Source: Octopus sinensis
Lineage: Eukaryota
DNA length: 64,000 nucleotides
Direction of reading: 5' to 3'
NCBI RefSeq assembly: GCF_006345805.1
Contig: NC_042997.1
Span: forward strand, 1,488,001 to 1,552,000
The notes beneath the pieces were generated by a model. That model saw nothing but the letters and a program-made list of their open reading frames with translations. It was not told the DNA's origin and searched no databases. Positions within the stretch are counted from its first letter, which is position 1, and each line of letters opens with the position of its first letter. Positions 1 to 13,572 of the stretch are shown here, piece by piece. The position numbers and the translations under genes are program-made.

Positions 1-2
1 TT

Positions 3-82
<80 letters not shown>
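1..82. repeat. (TA)n/(TG)n compound microsatellite
   Basis: Directly visible dinucleotide runs. Confidence 0.97.
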
Positions 83-83
<1 letters not shown>

Positions 84-211
84 AAGATAAGCAACAAGGA
101 TATCCAAGGTAGTATATTACAATCGTTTCATGCTACTTCATTTTATTAAACAATGAATTGGCATGACACCATTGTACTACACTACCTTGGATATCTTTGT
201 TGCTTATTTTG
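83..211. repeat. Imperfect inverted repeat (hairpin) element abutting a microsatellite
   Basis: 83-133 caagataagcaacaaggatatccaaggtagtatattacaatcgtttcatgc is the reverse complement of 161-211 with 7 mismatches in 51 bp. Confidence 0.85.
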
Positions 212-3200
212 ATTATAATCACCCCATTTGATTTATATGGATGATACCATACCAAATTCTGGTGCCATTTAACTTAAGTACCATATTCATCTGAATCTAA
301 ATTTTGCTGTATATGTATATATATTTCGTCTCACGACGAACAAGCCGCTACCTCTACAACACCTCTTTACGTTGCACTCATAGAATTTCATATTGGTTCG
401 CTCAGTTTAACACATAACATGGAAAATTGATATTATTTTTATGATCATTGTTATAGCAACTTACATCATCGTATACAAATATCAGTTAATATTTCTAATT
501 CTATATAATTTCCTTTCCAATTTACTTAGATTGCGGCAGTAGCTCATTTACCTTATTTAACGCATTATTGAGAAATGCATACTGTAATCACGAAATCCCA
601 GATTGGATGCCAAGAAGCGATGCTTTCAATTGCAGGCATCAGATAGTCATCTATGTGAATGAAAATGGATTGGCTGTGAACTAGCTTATCAGATGAGGTT
701 TGTTTAACACGATGAATTAGAATCAAGAGGGAATTGAGAGACGTCTATTCTGTTGCAAGCATTCCAACAGACCTACACTCCGAGAATAACTCAATAGAGT
801 AATGCAACAACAACCCTGCTAACCAGCATCTGTAACCTCAAATTCATGAACATTGTGCTTTTTATTTCGTCCTCGTCATAAACAAAAAAACATATATTCA
901 AGTTGAACAGAAAAGTTAACTAAAATTTTCAATTTCATCGCACTGAAATCTTTACTGCTTAATGAAGAAGTATTTTTTTTTATTTATAATTATCAATGAC
1001 CGGAACTAAAGATCATGTTTTTCAATTTAGATGGAAACATTTACTCGGTTTGCTCACTACATCAAATGCCAGATAGAAAGTCGATAGGTACATGGGTCGT
1101 TTTGTTTATCTACACACAACTTTGAATATATAACAGTGTTAAGTACAAAATGTTTATTTACAACCGTGCTTAGTATATAAATAAAGGGTTGCTTAGACAA
1201 TATTGGGGTAATATTCTGATCTCACACTTTGTCAATCGAGATTGTGGGATATTAATTACGCTGTGAGATGCATTACTATCCATTTCTTTAAAACTCGTAC
1301 CAATCATTAGTTTCTGCTATACTAAACATTTTATCATATCTGTATACCATAATTCGTAAGTTACGTAACAGGTGCAAAGTTTCATGTTTGCATAGTGATT
1401 AAATGTGGGTTGTGTAGTATGTGTGCTGTAGCCAGTAAAGGTGTACAGTAGAGTAGAAAACAGGACATAGTTCTCTATGTTTGTTCATGCTCTTCTAAAA
1501 TATGACCAAAACAGGGATTATTAGTGACGCCGCTAATATTTACTATTGTAAAGGTACCACTGCTAATTGCATGCCATTTGAATTGTGATACAAATGAAGG
1601 TTGGAGTAAGTAATTTCCATGAAAACACATGTTTAAACTTGTGCTGCCAATAGTATACATAAAAACTTTTTGTCGTAATACAAATATTTGATTCCCGGAA
1701 AATGTTTTTTCCTCGAAACAATTTATACCGTCCAAAAGATAAAATGCAAAAATAATTGGATTTCGCAAAGGTGATCAAATTTAAACGCATGACAAATGCT
1801 TCCGGGAGGAATGGCAAATAACTTCCTATATATACTACTAACTTTTTTCTTTCCAGACACGACTAATCAACAAACACCTGCTCTCTTTATTTAAACATCA
1901 CACCATTAAATTTCTGTAGCATATTCAAATTATAAACACTCAAACATGCGATATACACTTTCAATAGTATTTTGATCAAACAACAGAACACAGATTTTGG
2001 AGAATCCATTTACTGCCACAAAGACTTTCATTCCATTCCTAAGCTTTTATATTTGGGATTCCGTATTATCCGGGATTAACACTGACTTTAATGAAAATGG
2101 GGAAAATGTTCATAGCATTGAGAATAGATAACTGAGCTTTCTGCTTCTGTTCAAATGATGTTCATGCATACTGCATTCCTTCTGTCTCAGTGCTCGACCT
2201 AGAACCGTAACATCAATAGAGCCCTCTCCACATTAAGCATGTATTTAAGTTGACGCTTGTCGCATTATCGCTCTGTTCAATCAAAGAAACAAAACGTACC
2301 TGAATTACTAATGCTTGAAATCGGTTTATCATACAAACACTTGAAAACGGTTTATCATTGACGTATCTATGATCTAGCTCCAATATTGACATCCATAGCC
2401 ATAAAAGCACCAAAAGTACATCAAGGAAATACACTTGAGAAAGGGTATATTTTATGTATGCTTACTAGCGTATTCTTTTATTTAATTCGAGTATCATAGA
2501 TGTGAATGATTGCAATAATCGCTCAGTTACACAATGATATCAAATTATCGGCAGCACAATCTAATTACATAGTTTCTCCATTTATCTAAATTCCAAACTT
2601 ACCCGTTTTAGGTGTGAGAAAAAAAAGTCCATCGAAATGTTTACTTGAAACTGTGTCACCTTATAATTTTTGGACAGGTCTGCCATAAACATCATGAATC
2701 CCTTATAGGGAAATTTCGAGAATCCTTGAAAGGCCTTCATGACGATTGACATGTTCTCGAATCAGTGACATTTTAAGTTATGTTTTGACTTGTGAAATAA
2801 TTTAGGAATAGTTATATTGTCGCTCTTCTCGACTCGGTTTGATTGTTAAGGAAGAGAACAATATGAATTAATGATGATACTATTGAGTCCTTGTATCTAC
2901 ATGATGCACACAAATAGCAATCGTAACAAAATTTGGCAATGGATTCCTTGTCGTAACTATTCACAGTAATATTCCCACTAGTTTCGGCAGGCCTAACCAT
3001 TCAATAATTTGAAATATCTCGTGTGTTCTATTACCCAGAATCAGTACTTCATAAACCTGTAACCAAAAAGTAACACTCCAAGAGTTTGGGGTTCAAAATT
3101 ATGAGACTCCATGCATAATAAACTACCTATTGTTTATTCCAGTTTACAAGATTACCATTCTGTATCGTATATTCCGATAAAGCTATTCAAACTGTTATGG

Positions 3201-3879
3201 GTAGTATAATTACAGATATGAACATCAAACGAGTTTTAGCCAATCGTGCACATAATATTTTTGTTCGCAGAATTAATGAGTAGCATGATAGGAATTTAGT
3301 TGAATGCATTTCAATCCGTGATATTGCCGTCTTTGGACAGTGACAACTGTCTTTTTCATCAAATATCCATTTGTTGCCTAGAATACAATCTATCCTGCAA
3401 ACAATGAAAGCACCATTCCGGATTGATCAGTGCTTAGCACCAACAAAGCTAAACAATTGCAAAGGTCGCTAATTTATTTATTTAAAAAAAATATTTACTA
3501 CTCTAAAAGGTTTTCCATAAATTAGGACAATTCCAATCCCCGTCTCCGAAATAATATTTTAAACACGTTTTATATATTTGTTTAACAATCGTAGTAGTCA
3601 ATGCGTCTCTGTCAGAACTAGTCCTTCTGCATACGTTTGTGTATAGATTTCCGTCTGTCTTTTCCCTGTGTAATATTTGTTTCTTCCTTCCACTATAGGC
3701 CCATGCCAATCAAAGCATTGTGGATAGATGAAATAGACAGAAACTACCAAATTCCAATCACAGAACTATTGATAAATGCCAGACAAAGCACTGTAGATAG
3801 GTTAAGTAGATAGACTAGGTAGACAGAAACTAAAACAGGCCCATCGTATATACCTATGTGTACGTGTGCTTCTATATGA

Positions 3880-4025
3880 GAGTGCGTGCGTGCGTGTGTG
3901 TATGGGAGAGAGAGTGAAAGAAAGAGAGAGAGAGAGAGAGGGAGAGAAAGAAAGAAAGAAAAAAGGATAGGAAAGAGAGAGTGTAAGAGAGATAAAGACA
4001 GGGAGTGAGAGAGACTGTGTGTCTT
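3880..4025. repeat. (TG)n/(GA)n/(GAAA)n compound microsatellite
   Basis: Visible low-complexity runs; explains ORFs 3744..4169 and 3802..4047. Confidence 0.9.
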
Positions 4026-4437
4026 TGCGTCTGTACCCATTCCCCACTTGTTGGTTTCTTTACGTTCCAGTAAATTAGTATTTCGGGAAAACGATCCAGT
4101 GAGAATAGGTGCTAGAGCGAAAACAAATCCTCGCCTGAACGTTTTCAAGCTCTGCCCTAGCATGGCCAAAGTCCAAAGAGTGAAACAGGAAAAAGGTGAA
4201 AGCTCCCTACGACAACAATGACTAAGCCAATAGTGGTTTTAATGATGGATTAATTTACAACCCCACCCCTAGTAATAATACGAAAAACAAAAGTAGGCCT
4301 ATTTTCCTTAATGTTCCATTGGTAAAACAATTTCCTGTAAATCGCAGGTACAGAAAAATATTCAAAAGCGCTCAATCAAATTACAATATAGTTGCGGCCC
4401 CAATATGAAGAGCATCATTACACACAATCAACACCAA

Positions 4438-4745
4438 CCCGTCCAATCGACCAGAGGTACATGATTAAATCCGTCATATATGAGGGAGAAGTTACCACAA
4501 CGTTGGATGATATTACCAAAAAGAAGACCTACATCACAATATGAGATGGCGACTTCAAAAGTGACTATGCGAACCACATATCTCCATTTCGACGCAGTGA
4601 AGCTACGAAGTTGGCTAGTTACGCATGGGGCTTGAAATCTAACGCCACACCACATGCATTCAAGAGGAAAATATTTGTCAACTGTACATCACATGACAGA
4701 CGATCAAATGTAAACTATTTATAGCTGAAATATCATATATGCTTT
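4438..4745 (+). mobile_element. Degenerate PLE GIY-YIG endonuclease fragment
   Basis: Translates, with a stop and frameshifts, as PIDQRYMIKSVIYEGEVTTTLDDITKKKTYITI*DGDFKSDYANHISPFRRSEATKLASYAWGLKSN..FKRKIF. This follows the PLE EN pattern CPL..C...VIY..TV....TYIG....FK.RY.NH..SF....T.LS.Y.W.LK. Confidence 0.8.
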
Positions 4746-6536
4746 ACACATCTATGAAATCCACCGCACTGTTGAATTCCAGAAATGAAATTTTCAGTAC
4801 ATGTCAACACATAGGTAAATTCGTTCTGGCGAGTTGGAAAATACCACTCTTTCCGTATTAAGCAATAGTGCTTCAAACTCTAGGACTCTACCCATTCATG
4901 CTTATGGCTTTACGGTTGACGGGGACATAACTCTAATTTTCACTCGTATTTGTTTCTTTTTATCTTGGATTTCCGGTGTTTTTAACCACTACGCTATTCT
5001 CCTCGAATTTGCTCTTATTCTATCATCCTGTTTTAGCTTGTTATCCCATTTGGGCAGAGTTTCAAGATTGCGTGGCGGCAACCGACGTCTTATAAAATAC
5101 TGTGTGAGTCGTTTTCATCGCATAAAACTATTAGCTGATAAAGATATATTCTGTGTTTATTAAATAATATTTATTTCCCACCTGATAGAGTACTTCTTTT
5201 AATAATTATACCTCCACAGAAGAGTATACTAAGTGTGTTTGTATTCGTGTGTGTGTACAAAGAGAGATAGAGAGAGTGTGGTTTCAAGGTATTTCTGTCT
5301 TAAGTGTGTATGCAAACACACAAACACACAAACACACAACACAACACAACACAGAAATATCGATGTTTGTAGTGGTGTGGGGTAGCGGCACATGCATACA
5401 TACATATACTTATGTTCAAATATTAGTGAGTATACGATATAGATTGATATAAGAATAAAAGTTGCAATTATTGTAAGAGTTAAATATATATGTCTCGAAA
5501 GGTCTCTATATCTTTATCGTATTACTGAATAAGCGTAAAATAATATATATCAATTTCTAAAGCACCTAAATATTGTTGCCTTTGATACTTTTTTTGTTGC
5601 TTGAATATATAGCAAGTAATTTGCTAAAGAGAGGGAAATTTGACCAATACTAATATTGATTCAATAAAAGCATTCGTATTTCCCAAGAAACCTCACTATT
5701 TCTAAAACCATCAATCGCTTCCAAACCACTAGAACTTCATCGTTTCATTGCAAGCGAAAACGTGATTGATATTTATCATCAATTCACTTTATTTTGCGTG
5801 CATTGTTGGTACAACTGTTAACTAATTGGTAAATGTACGCATAAGACGCATTGCGGTTTTCGGCAGTTGGCTGCTTACATATACATATCATATCAGGGAA
5901 AAAGGTTATGATAATTTTTTGGTTATTGCTGATTTAAATTTGGAAACGAAAATGAGTTTTAATTTGAAATACGGCAATCTAGTCCGCCCAATCATTATAA
6001 ACCAAAACGGCTATGCATTTGAAGAGGAGGGTCTTTAAAAAGATGTACATTTTCAATACAATTACATATCAAGAGATCAAAAGCCATGCAAATGAGAATC
6101 TTCGATAATTCAAATGACCCGTCTTGGACTGTCATACACATACTACATGACTAAACTTAGCACACATATTACATAATCACACCTACAACACATATTACAT
6201 AACTAAATCTGCCTCGAGATTTTCGTCGCTTTCTCTATTGGAATACACTTAATTTTTGTTAATTTTTAGGTTCTCAAGAAATATTCATTTAAACAATACT
6301 AGAGCACTATGTAAATGCAAATTAACCGCAGTCAAGGCCAGTCATTTTAGCGATACTTTCAAAAAGGACGCTGCAAAATTTAATTCACAGATTACAAACT
6401 TCTTCCTCATTCTATTGCAAAAGTATATCAGTACCTGCACCTCAGAAATACTAACATTTGAATAAATATTGCAGTCTGACCATGTGATACGTATACCTAA
6501 CTCGCTTTCTTCTCTTTAACTCTGCCACACATCACA

Positions 6537-6657
<121 letters not shown>

Positions 6658-6711
6658 GTAACAGAAAAGGAGGAATTTCGATTATCCCAACGTGGTGAAT
6701 TGTAATGTATA

Positions 6712-6776
6712 TACTCTTTTACTCTTTTACTTGTTTCAGTCATTTGACTGTGGCCATGCCGGAGCACCGCCTTTAG
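6712..6776 (-). mobile_element. 3' fragment of SINE family A
   Basis: tactcttttactcttttacttgtttcagtcatttgactgtggccatgccggagcaccgcctttag matches the ends of the copies at 17281 and 37742. Confidence 0.9.
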
Positions 6777-7076
6777 AAATTAAATATAAGAAATTAAAAA
6801 ATTAAAATACACACAGTTTACATAGTTTTAATATAATTTTTAATATATCGACCTGTTTGGCTTTGGCTATTCGTGATATTAAGGTTTACTTATTTGAACA
6901 TGTATTTTCTTAAGATTTTTTTGTTTATGATGTGTATGGTGATATTTTCCAGTGGATGATTTCACAAGAAGAACAATAAGGGGAGGTAAATGGTTACCGT
7001 TATTATTGTTATTGTTGTAGTCAACGGAGATACCTGTTCAGTTTTCGGTAAGGGGAGGTGAATGTATACATATACA

Positions 7077-7196
7077 CAAAAAAAATTGCGATTGCGTGGA
7101 AGGAAAACAACGTCTATTAAATTCTTTTTGAACGGAACACTGTTTAATATATTGGTGTACGGTAGTATCTAAGGGACGGAATTTCGACTGTATAGA
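7077..7196 (+). mobile_element. Inverted partial copy of the GIY-YIG region of the adjacent PLE
   Basis: Reverse complement of about 7630-7748, with a perfect core tttaatatattggtgtacggtagtatctaagggacggaatt. Translates CDCVEGKQRLLNSF*TEHCLIYWCTVVSKGRNFDCI. Confidence 0.9.
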
Positions 7197-7319
7197 TGCG
7201 CGATTCATAGGTATTATATACATGGTGTTTATCTAAATCTATTTAAATTATATTGAACTTTATGAAATATTCTGAGTTATTATTATGTATTATTTACATA
7301 GTACGTATTTAATCATGTC

Positions 7320-10200
7320 TATATAAATTTATTGAATGTATGTTTAACATTATGAACACAACAGATCCCTTTCCCTCTTGTTGTAGATTAGTTTGCGTTT
7401 TGATTGTAGAATGTGATAAATTACTTCGCCGCTAGGTTAACACCTTTCGATTCCAACGCTATAAGATTGTGCTCGGCTAATTATTTCCCACTTAAGTGTA
7501 TTGTCCTTATTCATATCTCTAATCGCCTAAACTAGTTTACTTTGACTGGTGCTAGCCTCTTTTTTTCTTATCCCTAAAGATATTTTCATGATTAGCTATA
7601 CTTATTTTTATATAATTTTTTGTAGAACTTATATAGTCGTAATTCCGTCCCTTAGATACTACCGTACACCAATATATTAAACCTTGTTACCTTCAAAACT
7701 AATTTAATGGACATTGTTTTCCTTCAACGCAATCGCAAGTTTTATTTTTAGAAGCGTTCCCTCTTTCTTTACTTCAAATGCTGTGCTTGTATTCTATGCC
7801 ATCAGATTTATCCTCATTATATTTACTTTCTATGTTAAGAGTCATTACCTTTAATCTAAGATTATTTACTTTCGATCGTTTAATATTTTTGTTACTGTCC
7901 ACTTTATCATTGTCTTCTTTACCTATCTTAATACTTTTATTGTTTTCTCTTTTATATTTTTGTCGCTATCATAAGTACGAGTATTAATATTTATATTTAT
8001 ATTGTCAATATTTGTATTTATGTTATCCTTTTAGTTGTTAATATTATGCTCATTGCTGCTTCCTTTATAGTGTATAAATTTATATGTTTAGATTCTAGCT
8101 GTGTGTCACTAAGAGTTACATCATTTGACGTGTACCTCATATTATCTTTGAATTCCTCACTATTTTTGTCATTTAATAATTAAATTTTATTTTCTTTACT
8201 CCTATTATTGTAGAAAACACTTAATCTATAAATATTTTGTGCAGCAATAATTTGTGCTGTATTTTTGTAGGGCCCTTAATCCGCACGATTGTATTACTTT
8301 ATGTTATTTATTTTCCCCTTAAAATGCTTAGAGACCGCATTGTAGAATAATTTTACTATATTGTTCCTAATTTACTTTGCGAAAAGTATTATAAATCATA
8401 TATTATTTATCGAATGATTTTAGTGGAAGTTAATGATATTTATGCATAGGGTGTAATTTTTTACAAAATTGTTAGGAATATTATCGTTTAGCCTTTCAAT
8501 TATTTCCCTTCTTTTGTTTATTGTCCTATTTTGGCCTGTATTTATGTGGTCATAATTATCATTTTTGTAATGTTTAATAAGACTTCATCGTATTATCTTT
8601 GACTTTTATCCGTTTCTTGATGTTTCCTTCTTTGTTATAAGTGTTTGATTTATTTCCGTATTCTGTTTCTTGATGTGTTTGGTTATACTATTCTTACCAG
8701 ATTTATGATCTATTCTATCTACATTCTTTTTCTCTTTATCTTTATTAATTTCTATATTAGTATCATTATTGTGAATCTTAATTATTCCAATTTTTGGATT
8801 TTACGCTTGGTCTGCTGAACTTTAATTGTTGATTGTATCCAACTTTACTTAGTGTGATATTATTATAGTTTACATTCTGCTTAACAATTTCGTTATTTGC
8901 CGAGAGATTAGATATTCTTTTATGAACTACCTTTTCTGGACTAATTCTTGGATAGATTTGCTTTTGTTAATGTATCTTAGGTTATTGGGCTTTTATTTAC
9001 TTGTTTGTAGATCTAGGTTAACGTCCAATAGGTGGACGGAGTTAAGTTTCTATTCGATAGTGATAGATAGACCTATACTCTTGAAACGTTTATATAATCT
9101 CTCTTTATACATTTCTAACTTCCTATTAGAGAGGCTATCCAGGTTAAAAACCGCGTCATCTTTATATAGACCTCATTTGAGTTACAGCAATTCCGTACCT
9201 AAGCTAAATAATATATATATTCCCACCAATTGTGTAACTTGTGCTAAGGAAACAGATCAAATTGCTATGTTGAAGCTATCATTAGTGTCATTCCTTACCC
9301 AGTGTTTATTATCGAATTGTATAATAGATTCCCTAGCTGCTTCTATTACGTTGATGCCGTTTATATTACGATTTGAATTCGTTTTAGCAAAGAAGAGGGC
9401 CTTATTTAGGTAGTATAAAGTTAATCAATGATTACTAGCAATCAATATCTATTTGGACATTTTTTTTTACCTTTTTGTTTTCTATTTTATTTAATTTAAT
9501 ATGAGTTCATGTGAGTTAGACCATAGTTATAATTATAATAAGTTTCTAAGTGTTGGTATATATTTATCAATTATCGCTTTGCTTTTCCTAGGTCGGACTT
9601 ACCTGGGAATATTAATCTAATTGTAGCGTTACTGCTAAAATTAGGCTTATGGATTTTAAAGCGTATTCTAGGTCTTCCAGATTCGAATGGTTCTATTTGG
9701 TCGTCTATTTAAAAAGTAGCCATTATTTCTTTAGCCATTTTGCTTATCATGTTTAATGCCCTACTATTTCTTATAGTTCTTTTGTTATTTCGCTTCGAAG
9801 TAAGTTGGGATAAAGATTATAAAGTTTACCTGTCTTACCTGCATGAACAAAGAATTCTGTCTTCTCTCTTAAAGACCTTGGTAATAGACTTCAATCACTT
9901 TACATGTTCAGTTCTCTTTAGGGAATAAAAAAAATAACGTTCTTAACGATGGTCAATAATGTATCCCCAAAAGCTGTTAAATGACTATTTGGTGGTATTT
10001 CCTTGTCTTGAAAGTGTTCTGGATTGGTGATGTTTCCTCAATATCAGTATCCGTTGGTGCTTCCTTGTCCTTATCATAGAAATACATTCTCCATCTAAGT
10101 CTGTGAATGAATGCTGTTGTTTTTCAATTAAATCCTTCATATATTCCTTTTTAGATTGTACTGGAATATCTTCCATTGATATGTCTATCCTATTCATTTT
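7320..10200 (-). mobile_element. Near full-length but decayed Penelope-like retroelement (RT + C-terminal GIY-YIG with CxC-x5-C-x5-C linker)
   Basis: Minus-strand motifs in the expected order: MNRIDISMEDIPVQSKKEYMKDLIEK (N-term); FKIHKPNFSSNATIRLIFPGKSDLGK; VQIDID; LNKALFFAK; LVGIYIL; GLYKDD (9155-9172); FKSIGLSITIE; LLDVNLDL; KPNNLRYINK; KTCDCVEGKQCPLN; GLIYWCTV; YDYISST; ANHENIFR; KWEIISRAQSY. Many stops and frameshifts. Confidence 0.93.
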
Positions 10201-10961
10201 ACTGTTGGAACGCTTATTGAGGCTATTTTAGAGCAAACGACAAACACTACATGCTACGTGTCAATCGGAAGAAACTCTCCATCCGATAGGGTGTGAAAAG
10301 ATCTGTTAATTTGCCCTGAGGTTGTTTTTGTTGTAGCAATTTTTCATTTAAATGTGTAAATATGGATAAAAGCAATCAACCGAAACTCAGTGTAGTCAAT
10401 CTGAATGATTGCATTAATTCGACTGGATTATGATAATAAATTGATTGAATTGTATGTATTCTCTGTCTTCTTTGTATTATTAGACTTTTTCTCCTACATC
10501 GAAAACGATGGAAATCTCTATAGCGACAACTGGAATTTCAGAAGTGTAAGATGCTAATATTGAAGAAGAACCTAGGATAAACACTAGTACATATGCACAT
10601 CTGAATTTTCCAATATCGTTAATCGATATAGTGCTAAACTGGTGTACGCTTAGATAATATATCCCTAGGAAAGAAAAACGTCTTTTCATACAGACTTACA
10701 TGCATACATACATATATGTGTGTGTGTGTGTGTATGTGTTTGTATATGTGTTTTTGTGAGCTTGTTTGTAAGTATGTATGTGTGTAAGTTTGTGTGTTTG
10801 TGTGTGAATGTATGATATATACAGTCTCTTATATACTAACTAAATGGTTATAATATAATGGATACTTACAGCAATCATGTACTTCAGTATATTCAGTTGA
10901 CACTGTGTTGGGCTATTGAGTTAGACACCAACTTATTCAAGCCTTTCTCCAGCCTCCTCTT

Positions 10962-10963
<2 letters not shown>

Positions 10964-11023
<60 letters not shown>
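10964..11023. repeat. (GA)n microsatellite
   Basis: Visible run. Confidence 0.97.
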
Positions 11024-11024
<1 letters not shown>

Positions 11025-12059
11025 TAGTGTGTGGAAGTCGCGTTGTGGAAGAAAACACGCTATTGATGTCTGCAAGAATGGGTCACACCAAGGTTGGTGT
11101 AAATAATAAAATATATCGTTACTGAAATGAAAATTGTTTAGCAGTTCCCGTTGACATTCATTGATAATTTCAAACCGGTTCTGTCTATGTCGATTTTACT
11201 TGTATTTTGTTAATAAGCATCCCAGTATATATTTTTTTATATTTCCCATATGTGGTCGTCATCAAAGTAAAATACAAATAAAAAGTGCAACATGCAAATA
11301 CAGTTCATGTCCAATAACAATGGTGCTAAAAATATATTTAAATGGAATATAGAAGCAAGTGGAAAACTTCTAATTATAAATAATATCGGTATTGATTACT
11401 ATAATCATGCAATCCTAAACTATTCCTTCGACCGTAATTATTATATGTTGATAATAAAATCATACGCTGTTTTATTGAAGTGATATAAAATGAAAACAAA
11501 CTACTAAAATAACGTGTTTGTCCCTCAGAACATTCTAGATACTACGTCATTTTGTTTCTTCTGAGAATATCAGATGGAGATGTATGGATGTCTTTAGTTT
11601 TAACTAATAGAATGAGATTTTGTGTAGAATGATATGCTAAAACGTTGGAATGTTAGGTCGATTTTAAAATACATAGGCCGAAATCTATGAACTGGTTTAG
11701 TACACTACACCGCATAAATAAATCAGACTTGGGACAGACTTACTATGCATAGAAATGCGCATGATGATTTCCAACATTGTTTACCCTATTAAAACTTGCT
11801 GCATATGATCAGAGAGCAGTTTTTAATAATAAAAAAATTGTTTCGTGAATTTATTGGGATTAGTACATATCAATATCCTTGCAAAACTTTTGCGTAACAT
11901 TACATTAAATCGCACAATTCGAAATGTTACTTATTCATTCAAGATCTTTTCGAACGGGTGGTAGGTTACAGATCACATCATACGTCATTAAATACTTTAT
12001 TTTTGTAGTATTACTTTTAAGTTTCTCGTCACTTATGAAACACTGGGATCAATGATGCC

Positions 12060-13370
12060 ACTGAATTCTGTTCAGCTTTAAATTGGTTTATGGTTGTGTG
12101 TTTGTAGCAGGTGATTCTCCTTGAATGCATATTAGAATGGTTGGTTTGTCCGATATCGTCGCTAGGAGATTATCAAATGTGTTTTTTTATACTTCCGTAG
12201 ACGTCTCTTTTATATTTCAGATTTCTTTAGTCAGGTAGTTGACCAACCGATGACCTCTAAATATCAAACTGCTTCAATAGTATTTTCGTCGCGATATCGA
12301 AAGTGGTATATTGGGTATCGGATAGTTTCTACAAACTTGTGTATTAACTTTTTCTCTAATGCCGAAGCTTGGAACACGCTCCCCATGTATTTGCCATACG
12401 TATATAACAGTATATCTCTCTTTCCGGCATTTAAGAAAATGGAGACGCAAATCTTTCAGGCGTCCCAAGTAATAATGGCCTTATCCGAAGTTGTTTTACA
12501 GGACAACACATTTATAACTCTTTAATTTCTTCTATGAGGCCGGATAACTTTTGAGGTCAAGTCTGTGAGAAGTAATCTAATCTACTCAGAAGTAAGTTTT
12601 TCCATAGAGCCAGCATAGCTAACGGTTCTCTAAACGTTAGTTTAGCCTCGTGCAGTTGTGAACATATACCTGATAGGATGATGATAAATAATAATGGTCC
12701 TTGCAACCTACCTTGAGGTATACCACTTATTACAGATGACTTTGCAGAGAGAAAATAATGTGTAGCAGCAGATTGATTATTACCTCGAAGGAAGTCGAAG
12801 AGCCATTCTCCTAATTTATTAGTTGTACTAAGATCCCCCAACCTATGACAAACGATTCGATGATCAATCTTTCCAACGCTTTAACAAAATCTAGGTCCAT
12901 ATTATAATTCTTCTCACGAGATTGTTGAGGATAATGTCATGGCGTTGTAATAGTTGTAGCAGGCAATTAAGTCTAGTCCCAAAGACATGTTGTGTATCAT
13001 CTAAGAGGTTATTTTCCTAAAGGTACGCTATTCGTTTTCAGAAAATGCGTTCAACAATTTAATATGGGAGATGTGAGATGTCTGTAACTTTTAGCTTCTA
13101 CCCTACGATCTCCATTGTTTATATGTGTTACTATTGTTCCTTTCAGTGTTTTTGTGAATATGCCGTTATCTAGCGACATTTGAATAGCATTTGTAATGGT
13201 TTGGCAGGGCTGCTTTGGCCCGTATTAACAATAAAGTGAGGAGACAATCTGGTCCCGATGCTGTGTTTGAATCTTGTATAATATCTGCAAAAAATGTCCG
13301 ACAGATCCTCGATCAACATAGTGGCCATAAAATGATGTTAAATTAAATGCTGAACTGAATAGTGTTTTAA
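12060..13370 (-). mobile_element. Decayed, internally deleted CR1/L2-group LINE ORF2 (RT and C-terminus)
   Basis: Motifs: SNTASGPD; AKSYRHLTS (NYRPISLTS-like); ENNLLDDTQH; LDFVKA; SSVISGIPQGRLQGPLLFII; LLLSRLDYFSQ; RLKDLRLHFLKCRKERYTVIYVWQI. Confidence 0.85.
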
Positions 13371-13572
13371 CATGTTCAGAGATTTAAAAAAAGATGATTA
13401 TACGTGTAGGATTCTCCAGTGAGTGGAGGAGTATTTTGGTTGTCAGTATCAATTGTGTGTCTGTGTGTGCGTATTTATATATGTGTGTCTGTGTGTGCAT
13501 GTATGTGTGTATATTTGTGTGGGCTTGAGTCTCTGCATGTGTTTCTTTTATGTTCATGCCAATGTTTACGTG

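Noticed and set aside
2600-3400. GPCR or nAChR/chemotactile-receptor pseudogene interpretation
   Set aside because: Only vague hydrophobic and NP/FP-like words; no Cys-loop, DRY or ordered TM motifs.
8922-9413. 163-aa plus-strand ORF
   Set aside because: Antisense to the PLE RT domain, whose motifs are on the minus strand.
10375-10415. GAAAC..GTA..CTGAATGA as a type II hammerhead
   Set aside because: The core has an extra base, stem I cannot form, and it is on the strand opposite the adjacent PLE.
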